Below are positions 49,210 through 59,458 of a DNA stretch of 64,000 nucleotides, in pieces. The translations under genes and the position numbers were made by a program. The notes beneath the pieces were generated by a model, which saw nothing but the letters and a program-made list of their open reading frames with translations, was not told where the DNA came from and did not search any database. Within the stretch, counting starts at the first letter, position 1; each line of letters starts with the position of its first letter. Origin of the DNA: a virus (Duplodnaviria > Caudoviricetes). The stretch spans positions 40,535 through 104,534 of IMG/VR virus record IMGVR_UViG_3300037067_012456; one strand, 5' to 3'.

Positions 49210-49661
49210 TGGATATTTCATATAAAATAAATAATTCTACTCAAAAAGATATCCATGATCATTTAGTTATTTGTGATACTTATTTTGATAATATTTTAAG
49301 TAGTAGAGTTAATTTAGATGAATTTTCAGAAAAAATTTATACCAAAGCTATTAGATTTGAAGCTTGGTATGAGAAAAAATTAATTGGATTAATTAGTGCT
49401 TATTTTACTAGTGATGTAATTGGATTTATTAATCATGTAGCTGTTTTTACTAGATTTCAAAGAAAAGGAATATCAAGAATTTTATTACAATCTTGTATAG
49501 ATTATGGTAAAAAGAATAATTATAAGTTTATCCATTTAGAAATAAATAGTAAAAATAAGAAAGCTATGGATTTATATAAATCATTTAATTTTGTAGTATT
49601 AGAAACGTCAGATGATAATATAAAAATGAGGAAAGATATAAGAAATGGAAAGAGATTATAA
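49209..49661 (+). CDS. GNAT acetyltransferase
   Basis: FQRKGIS; N.KA..LY...F. Confidence 0.9.
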   Translation: MDISYKINNSTQKDIHDHLVICDTYFDNILSSRVNLDEFSEKIYTKAIRFEAWYEKKLIGLISAYFTSDVIGFINHVAVFTRFQRKGISRILLQSCIDYGKKNNYKFIHLEINSKNKKAMDLYKSFNFVVLETSDDNIKMRKDIRNGKRL

Positions 49662-50382
49662 TATAGAATTTAAAGATACAAAAGATCATAAATATGCATA
49701 TAATTTTGATTTTGATATTATGCATCCATATATGATTAAATCTTTTATGCCTTTTTTTACAGGAAACAATGTTTTAGAATTAGGTAGTTTTAAAGGAGAA
49801 TTCACTAAATTATTATCCCCAATTTTCCCTCTTATTACTTGTATAGAAGCATCTAAAGAGGCTGTTTTAGAAGCAAGAGAAAAATTTTCATATCAAGTAA
49901 GAATACATAATAATACTTTTGAAGAAATAGAATTAATGGATACTTATTCTAATATCATAATGACTCATGTTCTTGAACACTTAGACAATCCAGTAGAAAT
50001 ACTTAAAAAAATAAATGATAAGTGGTTATCTGAAACAGGAAGATTGTTTTTAGTATGTCCAAATGGAAATGCTCCATCTAGACAAATTGCAGTTAAAATG
50101 GGATTAATTAGTCATAATACAGCAATTACTCCTGCAGAAAAAGAACATGGACATAGAATAACTTATACATTAGATACTCTAGAAAGAGGTGTAAAAGAAG
50201 CTGGATTAAAAATTATTCATAGATCTGGAATCTTTTTTAAAGCATTAGCTAATTTTCAATGGGATAGACTACTTCAAACAGATATTATATCTAAAGAATA
50301 TTTAGATGGGTGTTATGCATTAGGGCAGCAATATCCTGATCTTTGTTCTAGTATTTTTTTGGTTTGTGAAAAAGGAAATTAG
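49645..50382 (+). CDS. class I SAM-dependent methyltransferase
   Basis: VLELGSFKG, HVLEHLDNP. Confidence 0.9.
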   Translation: MERDYNIEFKDTKDHKYAYNFDFDIMHPYMIKSFMPFFTGNNVLELGSFKGEFTKLLSPIFPLITCIEASKEAVLEAREKFSYQVRIHNNTFEEIELMDTYSNIIMTHVLEHLDNPVEILKKINDKWLSETGRLFLVCPNGNAPSRQIAVKMGLISHNTAITPAEKEHGHRITYTLDTLERGVKEAGLKIIHRSGIFFKALANFQWDRLLQTDIISKEYLDGCYALGQQYPDLCSSIFLVCEKGN

Positions 50383-51189
50383 ATGAAAAAAGTATTATTA
50401 GTATCTTTAGTTTACCAAGAAATTGATTTAAATATGACTCAAATGGAATCTTTATTTCCTTTAATTGATTTATTAGATATAATAGTTCTTGAAAATTATA
50501 GTAGCACTACAGAAGAAAAAGGAATTCCTTATTTTTTAAATTTGCTTAAAGAAAAGAAAATAAGTCAATATATTCTTTTTGAAAAGAATATAGGTGGATC
50601 TGCTTTTTTTATGTTTTTTATTGACTTTTTAAATAATTTGAAAAATTATGATTATATTGTTATTACTGATGGAGATGTTCAGGCTTTAAATAATAATTGG
50701 TTGTTTGAATCCATAATGATTATAGATAAAGCTGAAAATGCTTTTTGTTGTGCAGTTGATTATAATACTGATAATTTACCTATAGAATCCTTTCCAGAAT
50801 CTAGAAATTGGATGCCAATTCCAATAGATCATGGATGGTATTTAGAATCAGCGACTGGTGGACATCTTTTGATGTTTAAATCAGAGAGTATAAATGATTT
50901 TGTAGTTTGGTTACAGGAGAATAAATTATTATTTATAGATGATAATATAAGAGGATTTTGTCACACAATCTTGAAAAAAAGATGGTATAAAACAAAATAC
51001 AGCAAATGTAAACACCTTGTATGGGATTTATATCATGATAAAACACATCCATATACAATAATGAAAATGAAACCAAGAGAAGAAATATTTAGAACAGTAA
51101 CTTTTTGTAATTATATTAAGCATAAATTAATAAATAATGAAATAATTTCCAATAAAATTGTATATAGAGAGGCTACTAGTGATAAATAA
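50383..51189 (+). CDS. GT-A fold glycosyltransferase-like protein
   Basis: IIVLENYS, FEKNIG, ITDGD (DxD). Confidence 0.65.
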   Translation: MKKVLLVSLVYQEIDLNMTQMESLFPLIDLLDIIVLENYSSTTEEKGIPYFLNLLKEKKISQYILFEKNIGGSAFFMFFIDFLNNLKNYDYIVITDGDVQALNNNWLFESIMIIDKAENAFCCAVDYNTDNLPIESFPESRNWMPIPIDHGWYLESATGGHLLMFKSESINDFVVWLQENKLLFIDDNIRGFCHTILKKRWYKTKYSKCKHLVWDLYHDKTHPYTIMKMKPREEIFRTVTFCNYIKHKLINNEIISNKIVYREATSDK

Positions 51190-52081
51190 AAGATTGGTTA
51201 TCTCTGAACCGGCAAGAGAATTTCATTTTACAAAATGGGAATTACCTGAATTTAAGAAACATTTTTCAAATGTGATTATGCATTATTATAATGAAGATCC
51301 TCAATTTACTCAAATAAAAAAAGATGATATTCTTTTTGTTTTTTTAAGTTTACCTCAATACCAAAATGTAGAATGTGATTTTAAATTTGGTATGATATAT
51401 CCGGGATTTGGATTTCACCCCTTACATCATTTAGATCAAAGAGCTAGAATGAAATCTGTTATTTCACAATATTCTGCTGTATTCATGAATGATGGACCCT
51501 TATGGGAAAGTTTTAAAGATCTCCCAAATGTTTATAATACCCCATATGCCGTTGATTCACATATGTTTAAAAAAACAAGAGTAAGAACTAAATTTAAAAG
51601 AATTATTCAAGTAGCAAATAATGTTGCATGGCAGTATAAAGGAAGACATATTTCAGAAGCAGCAATGAAATTAATGCCGTATGAATGGGAATTGTTTCCT
51701 GAAAATAATAATAAAATGGGAGCAATTCCTTTTAATGAATTACCTGATATTTATCAGAAAGCAGATGGATTTTTAAATCCAAATATGATCGGAGATCCTC
51801 CGGGATATTGGGTTGACTGTAAATATACAGGAACAACTTTAGAAGCAGGTCTAAGTGGTTGTATAATATTTTGGCACGATTGTATGAAGTTAGGTAATGA
51901 TTTTGAAACAGTTTTTGAAATATCTAGTAATCCAATAGAAATTGCAAAAAGAATACCAGAAATTATAAATTCAATAGATTTAGAAAAACATAGTTTATTA
52001 ACATCGCAAGAATTTTATGAAAGATGTAATATAAAAAGTTCAGTTGAGCATAAAATAAATACTATACAAAAATTTATTTAA
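51158..52081 (+). CDS. GT-B fold (GT4-like) glycosyltransferase
   Basis: PYAVD..F, KG, IYQKAD.F..P, LEAGLSG. Confidence 0.7.
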   Translation: MYIERLLVINKRLVISEPAREFHFTKWELPEFKKHFSNVIMHYYNEDPQFTQIKKDDILFVFLSLPQYQNVECDFKFGMIYPGFGFHPLHHLDQRARMKSVISQYSAVFMNDGPLWESFKDLPNVYNTPYAVDSHMFKKTRVRTKFKRIIQVANNVAWQYKGRHISEAAMKLMPYEWELFPENNNKMGAIPFNELPDIYQKADGFLNPNMIGDPPGYWVDCKYTGTTLEAGLSGCIIFWHDCMKLGNDFETVFEISSNPIEIAKRIPEIINSIDLEKHSLLTSQEFYERCNIKSSVEHKINTIQKFI

Positions 52082-52093
52082 TAGTAAAGTTAT

Positions 52094-53428
52094 ATGAAAA
52101 TATTGTTATTAAATCCTCCTAAAGAAAAAGAAATAACTTTTGCTGTATTAACAGATTATAATACAAAAGCAAGAAATAATAATCCTCCATTGGGTTTACT
52201 ATATCTTCATTCCTATTTATCACCATATCATAATGTTGATGTTGTTGATATGAGTGCAGAAGAACTTGGTATATTAAATATACATAATATACTTCTTAAA
52301 TATAAACCTGATATAGTTGGGATTACTTGTGTTATTTCTAAATGGCCAACAACAAAAGAATTATCTAGACAGATAAAAATATTTAATAAAGATATAATTA
52401 CTATTGTTGGTGGCGTAAATCCATCATTATATACATATGAAACTCTTCAATGTGAAGATATAGATTATGTTATTAGAGGATTTGGTCAAATTCCTTTATT
52501 AGAATTATGTAATGCTTTAGATAAAAAAGAAACTACTACTACAATAAAAAATTGTTGTACTAAAGAAACTTATAGATATCCTGAAAAAGGATGTTTTAAT
52601 TTTGAAGATATAGATAAATATCCTTTTCCTAATAGAAAGATTGTTCCAATTGATAATTATAATATGCCTTTTTCTCCTAAAAATCCAACTACATCTATGT
52701 TAACAAGTTTTGGATGTTTTCATAAATGTCATTTTTGTCAATGTAGGACATTTACTCCTATTGTAATAAGAAAACCAGAATATGTAATAGATGAATTAAA
52801 AGAAGTTAAAACTGATGGTATTAAATCTGTTATTTTTCAAGATGAGCTTTTTACTATGTCTAATAGACGAATAACTGATATTTGTACTCCAATGATAGAA
52901 AATAAAATAGATCTTAATTGGGCTATAAGAGCTAGAGCAACTCATTTAAAACAAGAATCATTGGATTTAATGAGACAAGCTGGTTGTTTTAATATTCATA
53001 TGGGTATAGAGTCGGGAACAGATAGGATATTGAAAAGAATGAATAAAAATATTACTGTTCCCCAAATAAAAGAATCTATAAAGGCAATAAAAAAAGCTGG
53101 GATGTCCTGTTCAGCAAGTTTTATGTTGGGTTATCCCGGAGAAACAAAAGAGGAGATACTAGAAACAATTTATTTTGCTGCAGAATTGGAATTAAATGTT
53201 TGTCAATTCTACATAACAATACCATCTCCGGGGACAGAGCTATATAAAGAATGGCAAGAAAGAACTGGATATAAAGGAGATGTATTTAGTCAATTTACAA
53301 TGAATCCCGATAGTATTGATCTTGATGGGAATATAGCTTCTGATCTATTTACAAGAGAAGAAATGAATGAATTTGTTCAGCTAGGGTTTTCTAAAACAAA
53401 TAATTTATATAAAATAAAAAATGATTAG
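52094..53428 (+). CDS. cobalamin-binding radical SAM enzyme (class B methyltransferase-like)
   Basis: PPLGLLYL, PDIVGI, VGG; CFHKCHFC; GIESG, GYPGET. Confidence 0.92.
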   Translation: MKILLLNPPKEKEITFAVLTDYNTKARNNNPPLGLLYLHSYLSPYHNVDVVDMSAEELGILNIHNILLKYKPDIVGITCVISKWPTTKELSRQIKIFNKDIITIVGGVNPSLYTYETLQCEDIDYVIRGFGQIPLLELCNALDKKETTTTIKNCCTKETYRYPEKGCFNFEDIDKYPFPNRKIVPIDNYNMPFSPKNPTTSMLTSFGCFHKCHFCQCRTFTPIVIRKPEYVIDELKEVKTDGIKSVIFQDELFTMSNRRITDICTPMIENKIDLNWAIRARATHLKQESLDLMRQAGCFNIHMGIESGTDRILKRMNKNITVPQIKESIKAIKKAGMSCSASFMLGYPGETKEEILETIYFAAELELNVCQFYITIPSPGTELYKEWQERTGYKGDVFSQFTMNPDSIDLDGNIASDLFTREEMNEFVQLGFSKTNNLYKIKND

Positions 53429-53437
53429 GTAAAATTA

Positions 53438-53992
53438 ATGACATCCTTTTATTCAAGAGAAGAATTAGAGTTATTAAAGTTTAAATCTTTAGGAGAAAAT
53501 GTTTTATTAAGTAGAAATGCTTCTATATATTCTCCAGAAAAAATTAATATTTCTAATAATGTTAGAATAGATGATTTTTGTATAATATCTGGTAATATTA
53601 ATATAGGTAATTATGTTCACATAGCTGCTGGATGTTATTTATTTGGAGAACATGGAATTATCTTAGAAGATTTTTCTGCAATTTCATCTCGAAGTGCTCT
53701 TTATAGTGGAACAGATGATTATACTGGGGAATTTTTAAGTAATCCAATGTGTCCCATACTATGTAGAAAAATAACAAAAGGACCTATTTTTTTAGGAAAG
53801 CATGTTTTAATAGGAACTGGAACAACAATTCTACCGGGAGTTTATATAGGAGAAGGAACTTCTGTAGGAGCGATGAGTTTAGTTAATAGATCTTTGAAAG
53901 AATGGAAGATTTATAAAGGAATACCCGCAAGAGAATATAAAGAAAGATTGCGAGGATGCTCTGAATTTGAAGAATTATTATTTAAAAAATAA
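53438..53992 (+). CDS. hexapeptide-repeat sugar acyltransferase (VioB-like)
   Basis: SFYS.EEL, NVRIDDFC, left-handed beta-helix repeats, GIPA. Confidence 0.85.
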   Translation: MTSFYSREELELLKFKSLGENVLLSRNASIYSPEKINISNNVRIDDFCIISGNINIGNYVHIAAGCYLFGEHGIILEDFSAISSRSALYSGTDDYTGEFLSNPMCPILCRKITKGPIFLGKHVLIGTGTTILPGVYIGEGTSVGAMSLVNRSLKEWKIYKGIPAREYKERLRGCSEFEELLFKK

Positions 53993-54012
53993 AATAACAT
54001 ATGGTATAACAC

Positions 54013-55128
54013 ATGGAAAAATTTGTATTTCCTATATTAATAACAAAACCTCTTATTCCAGACATTAATATATATTTTAAATATGTTAAAGATATTTTTG
54101 ATTCTAAAATGTTATCAAATAGTGGTAAATATCATTTAATTCTTGAAGATGATTTAAAATACATATTAAAAGTTAATAACTTATTAGTATTTAATAATGG
54201 TACTAATGCTTTAATGATAGCATTAAAGGGATTAAATTTAACTGGAGAAATTATTACAACTCCTTTTACTTTTCCAGCTACTCCACATGCCATTACTTGG
54301 AATGGATTAAAACCAATATTTTGTGATATTGATAATAAAACAATGAATATTGATGCTAATAAGATAGAATCTTATATAACTAAAGATACATCAGCTATTT
54401 TAGCTGTTCATACATTTGGTACTCCTTGTGATGTTATGAAAATAGAACAAATAGCTAAAGAACATAATTTAAAAGTTATATATGATAGTGCTCATGCTTT
54501 TATGACTGAAATAGATGGTGACGGAATTGGAAATTTTGGTGATGTTTCTATGTTTAGTTTCCATCCAACTAAATTGTTTCATACATCTGAGGGTGGTGCT
54601 TTAACTTTTAATAACGATACTTTAAAGGAAACTTATAAACTACTTAGAAATTTTGGGATAGTTTTTAAAGATGGTACGGAATCCGTAGAATTAGATGGTA
54701 TTAATGGTAAAATGAGTGAAATACAAGCTGCTATGGGATTGTGTGTTTTAGATATAGTTGATAAAGAAAGAAGAAAAAGAGAATCTATTTCTAAAAGATA
54801 TATTCATAATTTATCGGTAAAAAAAGGAATATCTTTCCAAAAGTTAGAATCTAATATAACTCCAAGTTATCAATATTTTCCGATAAGAATAAATAAAGAA
54901 GAATTTGGAGAATCTAGAGATGATGTATACAATAGATTAAGAGAATATAATGTTTTTGCTAGAAAATATTTTAATCCTTTATGTATTGATTATGATCATT
55001 ATAAAGATACAAAAGGTGATTTTTCTATAGCTAGAAAGGTTGTTACAGAAGTATTATGTTTACCTTTTTATGGTGATTTAACTATGAATGATATTAATAA
55101 AATATGTTCTATTATTTTGGGTGAATAA
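54013..55128 (+). CDS. DegT/DnrJ family NDP-4-keto-6-deoxysugar aminotransferase (VioA-like)
   Basis: NGT.AL, TTPFTF, YDSAHAF, SFHPTKLF.T.EGG, GINGKMSE. Confidence 0.93.
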   Translation: MEKFVFPILITKPLIPDINIYFKYVKDIFDSKMLSNSGKYHLILEDDLKYILKVNNLLVFNNGTNALMIALKGLNLTGEIITTPFTFPATPHAITWNGLKPIFCDIDNKTMNIDANKIESYITKDTSAILAVHTFGTPCDVMKIEQIAKEHNLKVIYDSAHAFMTEIDGDGIGNFGDVSMFSFHPTKLFHTSEGGALTFNNDTLKETYKLLRNFGIVFKDGTESVELDGINGKMSEIQAAMGLCVLDIVDKERRKRESISKRYIHNLSVKKGISFQKLESNITPSYQYFPIRINKEEFGESRDDVYNRLREYNVFARKYFNPLCIDYDHYKDTKGDFSIARKVVTEVLCLPFYGDLTMNDINKICSIILGE

Positions 55129-55632
55129 ATGTTAATTTGTTTAGATGAATCAATTGTATTAAGAAGAATAACTGAATTAGATACCGATTTTGTTTTATCT
55201 TTATTAAATAATGAATCTATTAAAAATAATTTTCCTAGAACTAAAGATATTACATTAAAAGATCATGAAACCTTTTTAAATAAATTATCTAATAAAAATC
55301 TTTATTGGATAATTGAAAAAGATAAAATACCAGTTGGTACTATATCTTTATATGATATTAATTATGATCATAAAAGAGCTGAATGGGGAAGATTAATGAT
55401 TCTTCCTAAATATAGGAATCAAGATATCGGAAAACTTGCTTTAAAAGAAATTATTAATTATTCTTTTTTAAAGTTAAAATTACATAAAATTTATTGTTAT
55501 GTAATGGAAAATAATGATATAGCATTAAAGATGTATCAAGATTTAGGATTTAAAATAAAAGGTATATTAAAAGATCATTATTATATAAATAATAAATATA
55601 TAGATTATTATTTATTGGAATTACTTAATTAA
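55129..55632 (+). CDS. RimJ/PseH-like GNAT N-acetyltransferase
   Basis: PVGTISL..I......AEWG; N..A..MY..LGF. Confidence 0.85.
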   Translation: MLICLDESIVLRRITELDTDFVLSLLNNESIKNNFPRTKDITLKDHETFLNKLSNKNLYWIIEKDKIPVGTISLYDINYDHKRAEWGRLMILPKYRNQDIGKLALKEIINYSFLKLKLHKIYCYVMENNDIALKMYQDLGFKIKGILKDHYYINNKYIDYYLLELLN

Positions 55633-56346
55633 TGTATTATCTGTTTTTAATAAATTTAAAATATCTTCAATAGAAAAAATATTATTATTTTTATATAATT
55701 TTTCATAAATAGTTTTAACAAATTTATATTCATTTTTATAATCTACAGTAAAATGTATATTTTTAAATGGATTATTTATTCCACAAGGAAATGTTATATA
55801 TTTATATTTTTGAGGATTTCTTTTAATAAAAGTAGTAACATGTTCTAAATGACCCTTTTTTTCTTCTAATGATCTAATTTTATCAATTTCTCTATTACTA
55901 TCATGTAAAGCAGTAGATCTTATTATTTCTACTCCTATTCCTATTGGAATTTCTCCCATATCCATTAAATCACATTTTTCAAAAAGAGCCTCTTTTATCA
56001 TATTATCTGCATGATAAGGATCAATTAATGGATTATCTCCTGTAATTCTAAGAATATAATCAGGATTATATAATTTTTCAATCATAAGGAATCTTTCAAG
56101 AACATTTTCTTCAGATCCTGTAATTACAGTACAATTCATTTTATAGGCTAAATCTACTATTACTTCATTTTTTTTGGTATAACTTGTTGCAATAATTATA
56201 TTATTAATATTTTTAATTGCTTTAACTCGATTTATTACATGAGCTAATAGAGGTTTACCGCAGATGGGGAGCATTGATTTCCCTGGTAATCTAGATGATC
56301 CCATTCTGGCTTGTATTACTGCAGTAACCTTTAGTTTTTCATTCAT
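55621..56346 (-). CDS. spsF: SpsF-like cytidylyltransferase
   Basis: IQARMGSSRLPGK, GSEENVL.RF, RITGDNP, EHVT, TVD. Confidence 0.88.
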   Translation of the reverse strand: MNEKLKVTAVIQARMGSSRLPGKSMLPICGKPLLAHVINRVKAIKNINNIIIATSYTKKNEVIVDLAYKMNCTVITGSEENVLERFLMIEKLYNPDYILRITGDNPLIDPYHADNMIKEALFEKCDLMDMGEIPIGIGVEIIRSTALHDSNREIDKIRSLEEKKGHLEHVTTFIKRNPQKYKYITFPCGINNPFKNIHFTVDYKNEYKFVKTIYEKLYKNNNIFSIEDILNLLKTDNTLIK

Positions 56347-56500
56347 TTATATCACAATCTACAATAAATTCATTCTTATTTTTGGTCACAGGAACCAATA
56401 TTATATACTGTTTAGTTCGTCCACAACACACAAAAGTATCTTCCTGACCCCTATTTAGTTTACATTCCATACAATTCTGTAATGTTTTAATATTATTCAT
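56339..56500 (-). CDS. 53-aa Cys-rich protein, not in the ORF track (MNNIKTLQNCMECK...)
   Basis: Manual translation; AAGG upstream; stop overlaps the spsF start. Confidence 0.55.
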   Translation of the reverse strand: MNNIKTLQNCMECKLNRGQEDTFVCCGRTKQYIILVPVTKNKNEFIVDCDINE

Positions 56501-56656
56501 AATATTGCCTTTTTATACAAAAATTTATTTATCTGTATAAAAAATAACATATTATAAGGAATTTTTAATGTTCTATTATATTAAATTTATCTTAAATTTA
56601 TAAGAAAAAACACCATTATTATAATAAATACTATATTTAAACAAATGAAATAGGAG

Positions 56657-57517
56657 ATGAATATGAGTAACATTAATTTAACACCAGATCAGGTTCAAAA
56701 ATTAGGAAATCATTTACAAAAAGAGGCAGAAAACGACTTTGAAATACGTCCAATTGTTCCTCAAACAACTGTAAGTGAGGCTCTTAAACGTGTTATTCCT
56801 GATGAACCTATGGAAACAGGAAAACAAAGTTTAAAAGATAGGATTAAAGATTTGGAAGCAGAATACAAGGGATCTACAGTATCTGTACCAAAAGATTCTT
56901 TAAAGAAATCCTATTTAGACGAAATGGGTAGAGATACCTTTTATGTAAAAAATATTTCTGGAAATCACGTAGCTATTTCAGAATTAGAGTTTACTATTAA
57001 AAAAGGAGCAGTAGAAAATCTGCTTGAAGTAGCTTCTTTAGAAGATTGTTATTCTTCAAGAGATTTAAAAAAGTTAATGAATGGATATGCTGGAGACTCT
57101 CCTGCATTGAAAAGAATTACAGAAGAAGAATATGCTGATGAAATGGAAAAGGCTATTATATCAAAAAAGAAAATTGAAGTAGTTAGACAACAAGAATCAA
57201 TTAAACAATATCAAAACCAAAATGGACAAAATCAGAATAATCAAAACCAAAATAATCCTTTTCAGAATCCAACTCCTAGAGTTGATAAAGCAGCAAAGCT
57301 TAGTTATAAAGTTATTGGGCAACTTGAGAAATTACGTTTGTCAACTGCAGTTGATCCAGAAGATTCAAAATTTGGAATTAATTCAGCTCAGTTTATTCAA
57401 TGGATGTGGCAAGAAGTTCTTTCTGATGAAGAACTAGATTATATTCTTGGTGATCCAATGGCAACAAAATTTCCAGATGTTAAATATGCTGCTATAGAAA
57501 AGAAGACTATAAAATAA
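56657..57517 (+). CDS. hypothetical protein
   Basis: AGGAG RBS; QNN-rich linker. Confidence 0.75.
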   Translation: MNMSNINLTPDQVQKLGNHLQKEAENDFEIRPIVPQTTVSEALKRVIPDEPMETGKQSLKDRIKDLEAEYKGSTVSVPKDSLKKSYLDEMGRDTFYVKNISGNHVAISELEFTIKKGAVENLLEVASLEDCYSSRDLKKLMNGYAGDSPALKRITEEEYADEMEKAIISKKKIEVVRQQESIKQYQNQNGQNQNNQNQNNPFQNPTPRVDKAAKLSYKVIGQLEKLRLSTAVDPEDSKFGINSAQFIQWMWQEVLSDEELDYILGDPMATKFPDVKYAAIEKKTIK

Positions 57518-57527
57518 GAAGGACTAA

Positions 57528-58463
57528 ATGTTACGATTAGTTGATATTATTGAACGAACACAAAACTATATTTTATTCTATACTTCAGAAATAACAGAAG
57601 CAGACGCTACTGTTTATGTTGTGTTTGATACATCTACAGGAGCATCATATAGTGTTGGTTTAACAGAAGATTATTATGCTTGGAGAGCAACATCTATAAC
57701 AAGTACTGGAGTTGATGGTGCTTATTATATAATTAGTAATTCTAATATATATCCTTCTTATTCAGAAACTATTACTAATTATCTTTATTTAAAACCAGCA
57801 TTACTTACAACACTTACTTATGCTGAATATAATATTCTTCAAAGTGTTTTAATTCGTTTAGATTTGGTTAGAAGAAGATTTCCAAATCCAGGTTTCGTTG
57901 TTAATTCAACTAATAGTATTGGTCAAAATGGTAATGTATCATTTTCTGGTGGTTATGAAAAGAAAATGACTGTATATGAAATATCAATGATGATGGCATC
58001 TACTATTGTAGAAGTAAATGCTACATCTCCTACAACATCATTTTGGCCAACATATACTTCTGATATAGCTACAAGTCCTTATATTGCTTATTCTAGTAAT
58101 ACTACAAGTATTCCTTATGATATGGTTGAATTGGCTTCACTGGGTACATTTATTAGATGTTTATGTGCTTGGGGTATTCTTGAAGTTGATTTAAGTTTTC
58201 AAGCAAGCGATTCTGGATTACAAATTACCTGGGATAGAGCAACTCATGCTAAAGGTTGGTATGATTCTCTTTTGAAAGATTATACTGATCAAAAACTATT
58301 ATTCAAAATGAATTATGCTAATCATGCAGGAGTTGGTGTAGGTACATATGCTTTTCCTTCTGTATCTATTTTTGGAACATTATTAAATAATGTTACAAGT
58401 GGAGGAACTTTAGCTTATACTTCTATTATGGGTCTAAGTGGAAGAGGCAATGTACAAATGTAA
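57528..58463 (+). CDS. virion structural protein, possible head-tail adaptor
   Basis: Position after the capsid region; EVNATSP and F..SDSG patterns. Confidence 0.45.
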   Translation: MLRLVDIIERTQNYILFYTSEITEADATVYVVFDTSTGASYSVGLTEDYYAWRATSITSTGVDGAYYIISNSNIYPSYSETITNYLYLKPALLTTLTYAEYNILQSVLIRLDLVRRRFPNPGFVVNSTNSIGQNGNVSFSGGYEKKMTVYEISMMMASTIVEVNATSPTTSFWPTYTSDIATSPYIAYSSNTTSIPYDMVELASLGTFIRCLCAWGILEVDLSFQASDSGLQITWDRATHAKGWYDSLLKDYTDQKLLFKMNYANHAGVGVGTYAFPSVSIFGTLLNNVTSGGTLAYTSIMGLSGRGNVQM

Positions 58464-58483
58464 AATAACAGGAGTTATATGAT

Positions 58484-59458
58484 ATGAAAAAATGTAAATA
58501 TTGTGGGAAAGAAAATAATTTAGTTATTAGTGAAAGAAAAAATAAAGGAACATCAGAAGAAAAAATAATATATAAAAATATTTGTTATGATTGTTCTAAT
58601 AAGAGAAAATTAAAAGGTAAATGTAGATATTGTGGGGTTACAGAAAATTTAATGACTAGATTTGTCATGAATCAATATTTAAAAGAACCAAAATTAATAA
58701 TACAAGATGTATGTAGAAAATGTTTTGGAGATTTAACTAGAAAACATACAATTGGAAAGATACATTCTGATGAAACAAAAAATAATATAAGTATAAGTGT
58801 GAAAAAATGGCACCAATCGGAAGAAGGAAAAAGAAAACACAAAGAAAGTCAGAAAAATAAAAAATTTAGTTTAGAAGGAAAAGAAATATTAAGACAAAAA
58901 GCTATATTACAATGGAAAGATCCTGAATTTAGAATTAAGAAATCATTGCTTTCTAAAGAACAATGGAATGATTCAAATTTTAGAGAATTAATGAGTAATA
59001 ATATATCTAAAAGATTAGTTGAATATTGGAAAAATTCAGATTATAAAGAAAAGATGATAAAAGTGTCAAAAGAAACATGGTCTAATTTCGAATTTAAAGA
59101 AAAAATGTCAATTTTACATAAAAATCGTCTTAGAGACAACAATCCTTTTGATAATAATGGATTTATAAAAATTTCTAAACCAGAACAAAAACTTTTTGAT
59201 CTTGTTAAAATATTATTTCCATCTGCTGAACAAAATAAATCTATTAAAACTAAAGAATCTAGAAGATTTCCTGATATTCTTATTGAAGATTATAAACTTA
59301 TTTTTGAGTATGATGGTAGTTATTGGCATAAGTCAGAAAAAGATGATAAACGTAATAAAGAATTACAAGATGTTGGTTATAAAATAATTCATTATATAGA
59401 TAGAATACCAGATATGAAGGAATTATTTAATGATGCAGATAAAATATTGAATAGATAA
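58484..59458 (+). CDS. putative homing endonuclease (two CxxC modules, W-x4-F repeats, DUF559/Vsr-like domain)
   Basis: SKPEQ, PDIL..IFEYDGSYWH, D..R...L...GY. Confidence 0.82.
   Translation: MKKCKYCGKENNLVISERKNKGTSEEKIIYKNICYDCSNKRKLKGKCRYCGVTENLMTRFVMNQYLKEPKLIIQDVCRKCFGDLTRKHTIGKIHSDETKNNISISVKKWHQSEEGKRKHKESQKNKKFSLEGKEILRQKAILQWKDPEFRIKKSLLSKEQWNDSNFRELMSNNISKRLVEYWKNSDYKEKMIKVSKETWSNFEFKEKMSILHKNRLRDNNPFDNNGFIKISKPEQKLFDLVKILFPSAEQNKSIKTKESRRFPDILIEDYKLIFEYDGSYWHKSEKDDKRNKELQDVGYKIIHYIDRIPDMKELFNDADKILNR

Noticed and set aside
45231-56346. Host chromosomal O-antigen locus (prophage boundary or misassembly)
   Set aside because: Flanked on both sides by phage genes with similar AT content and tight gene overlaps; no wzx/wzy/wzm or housekeeping genes
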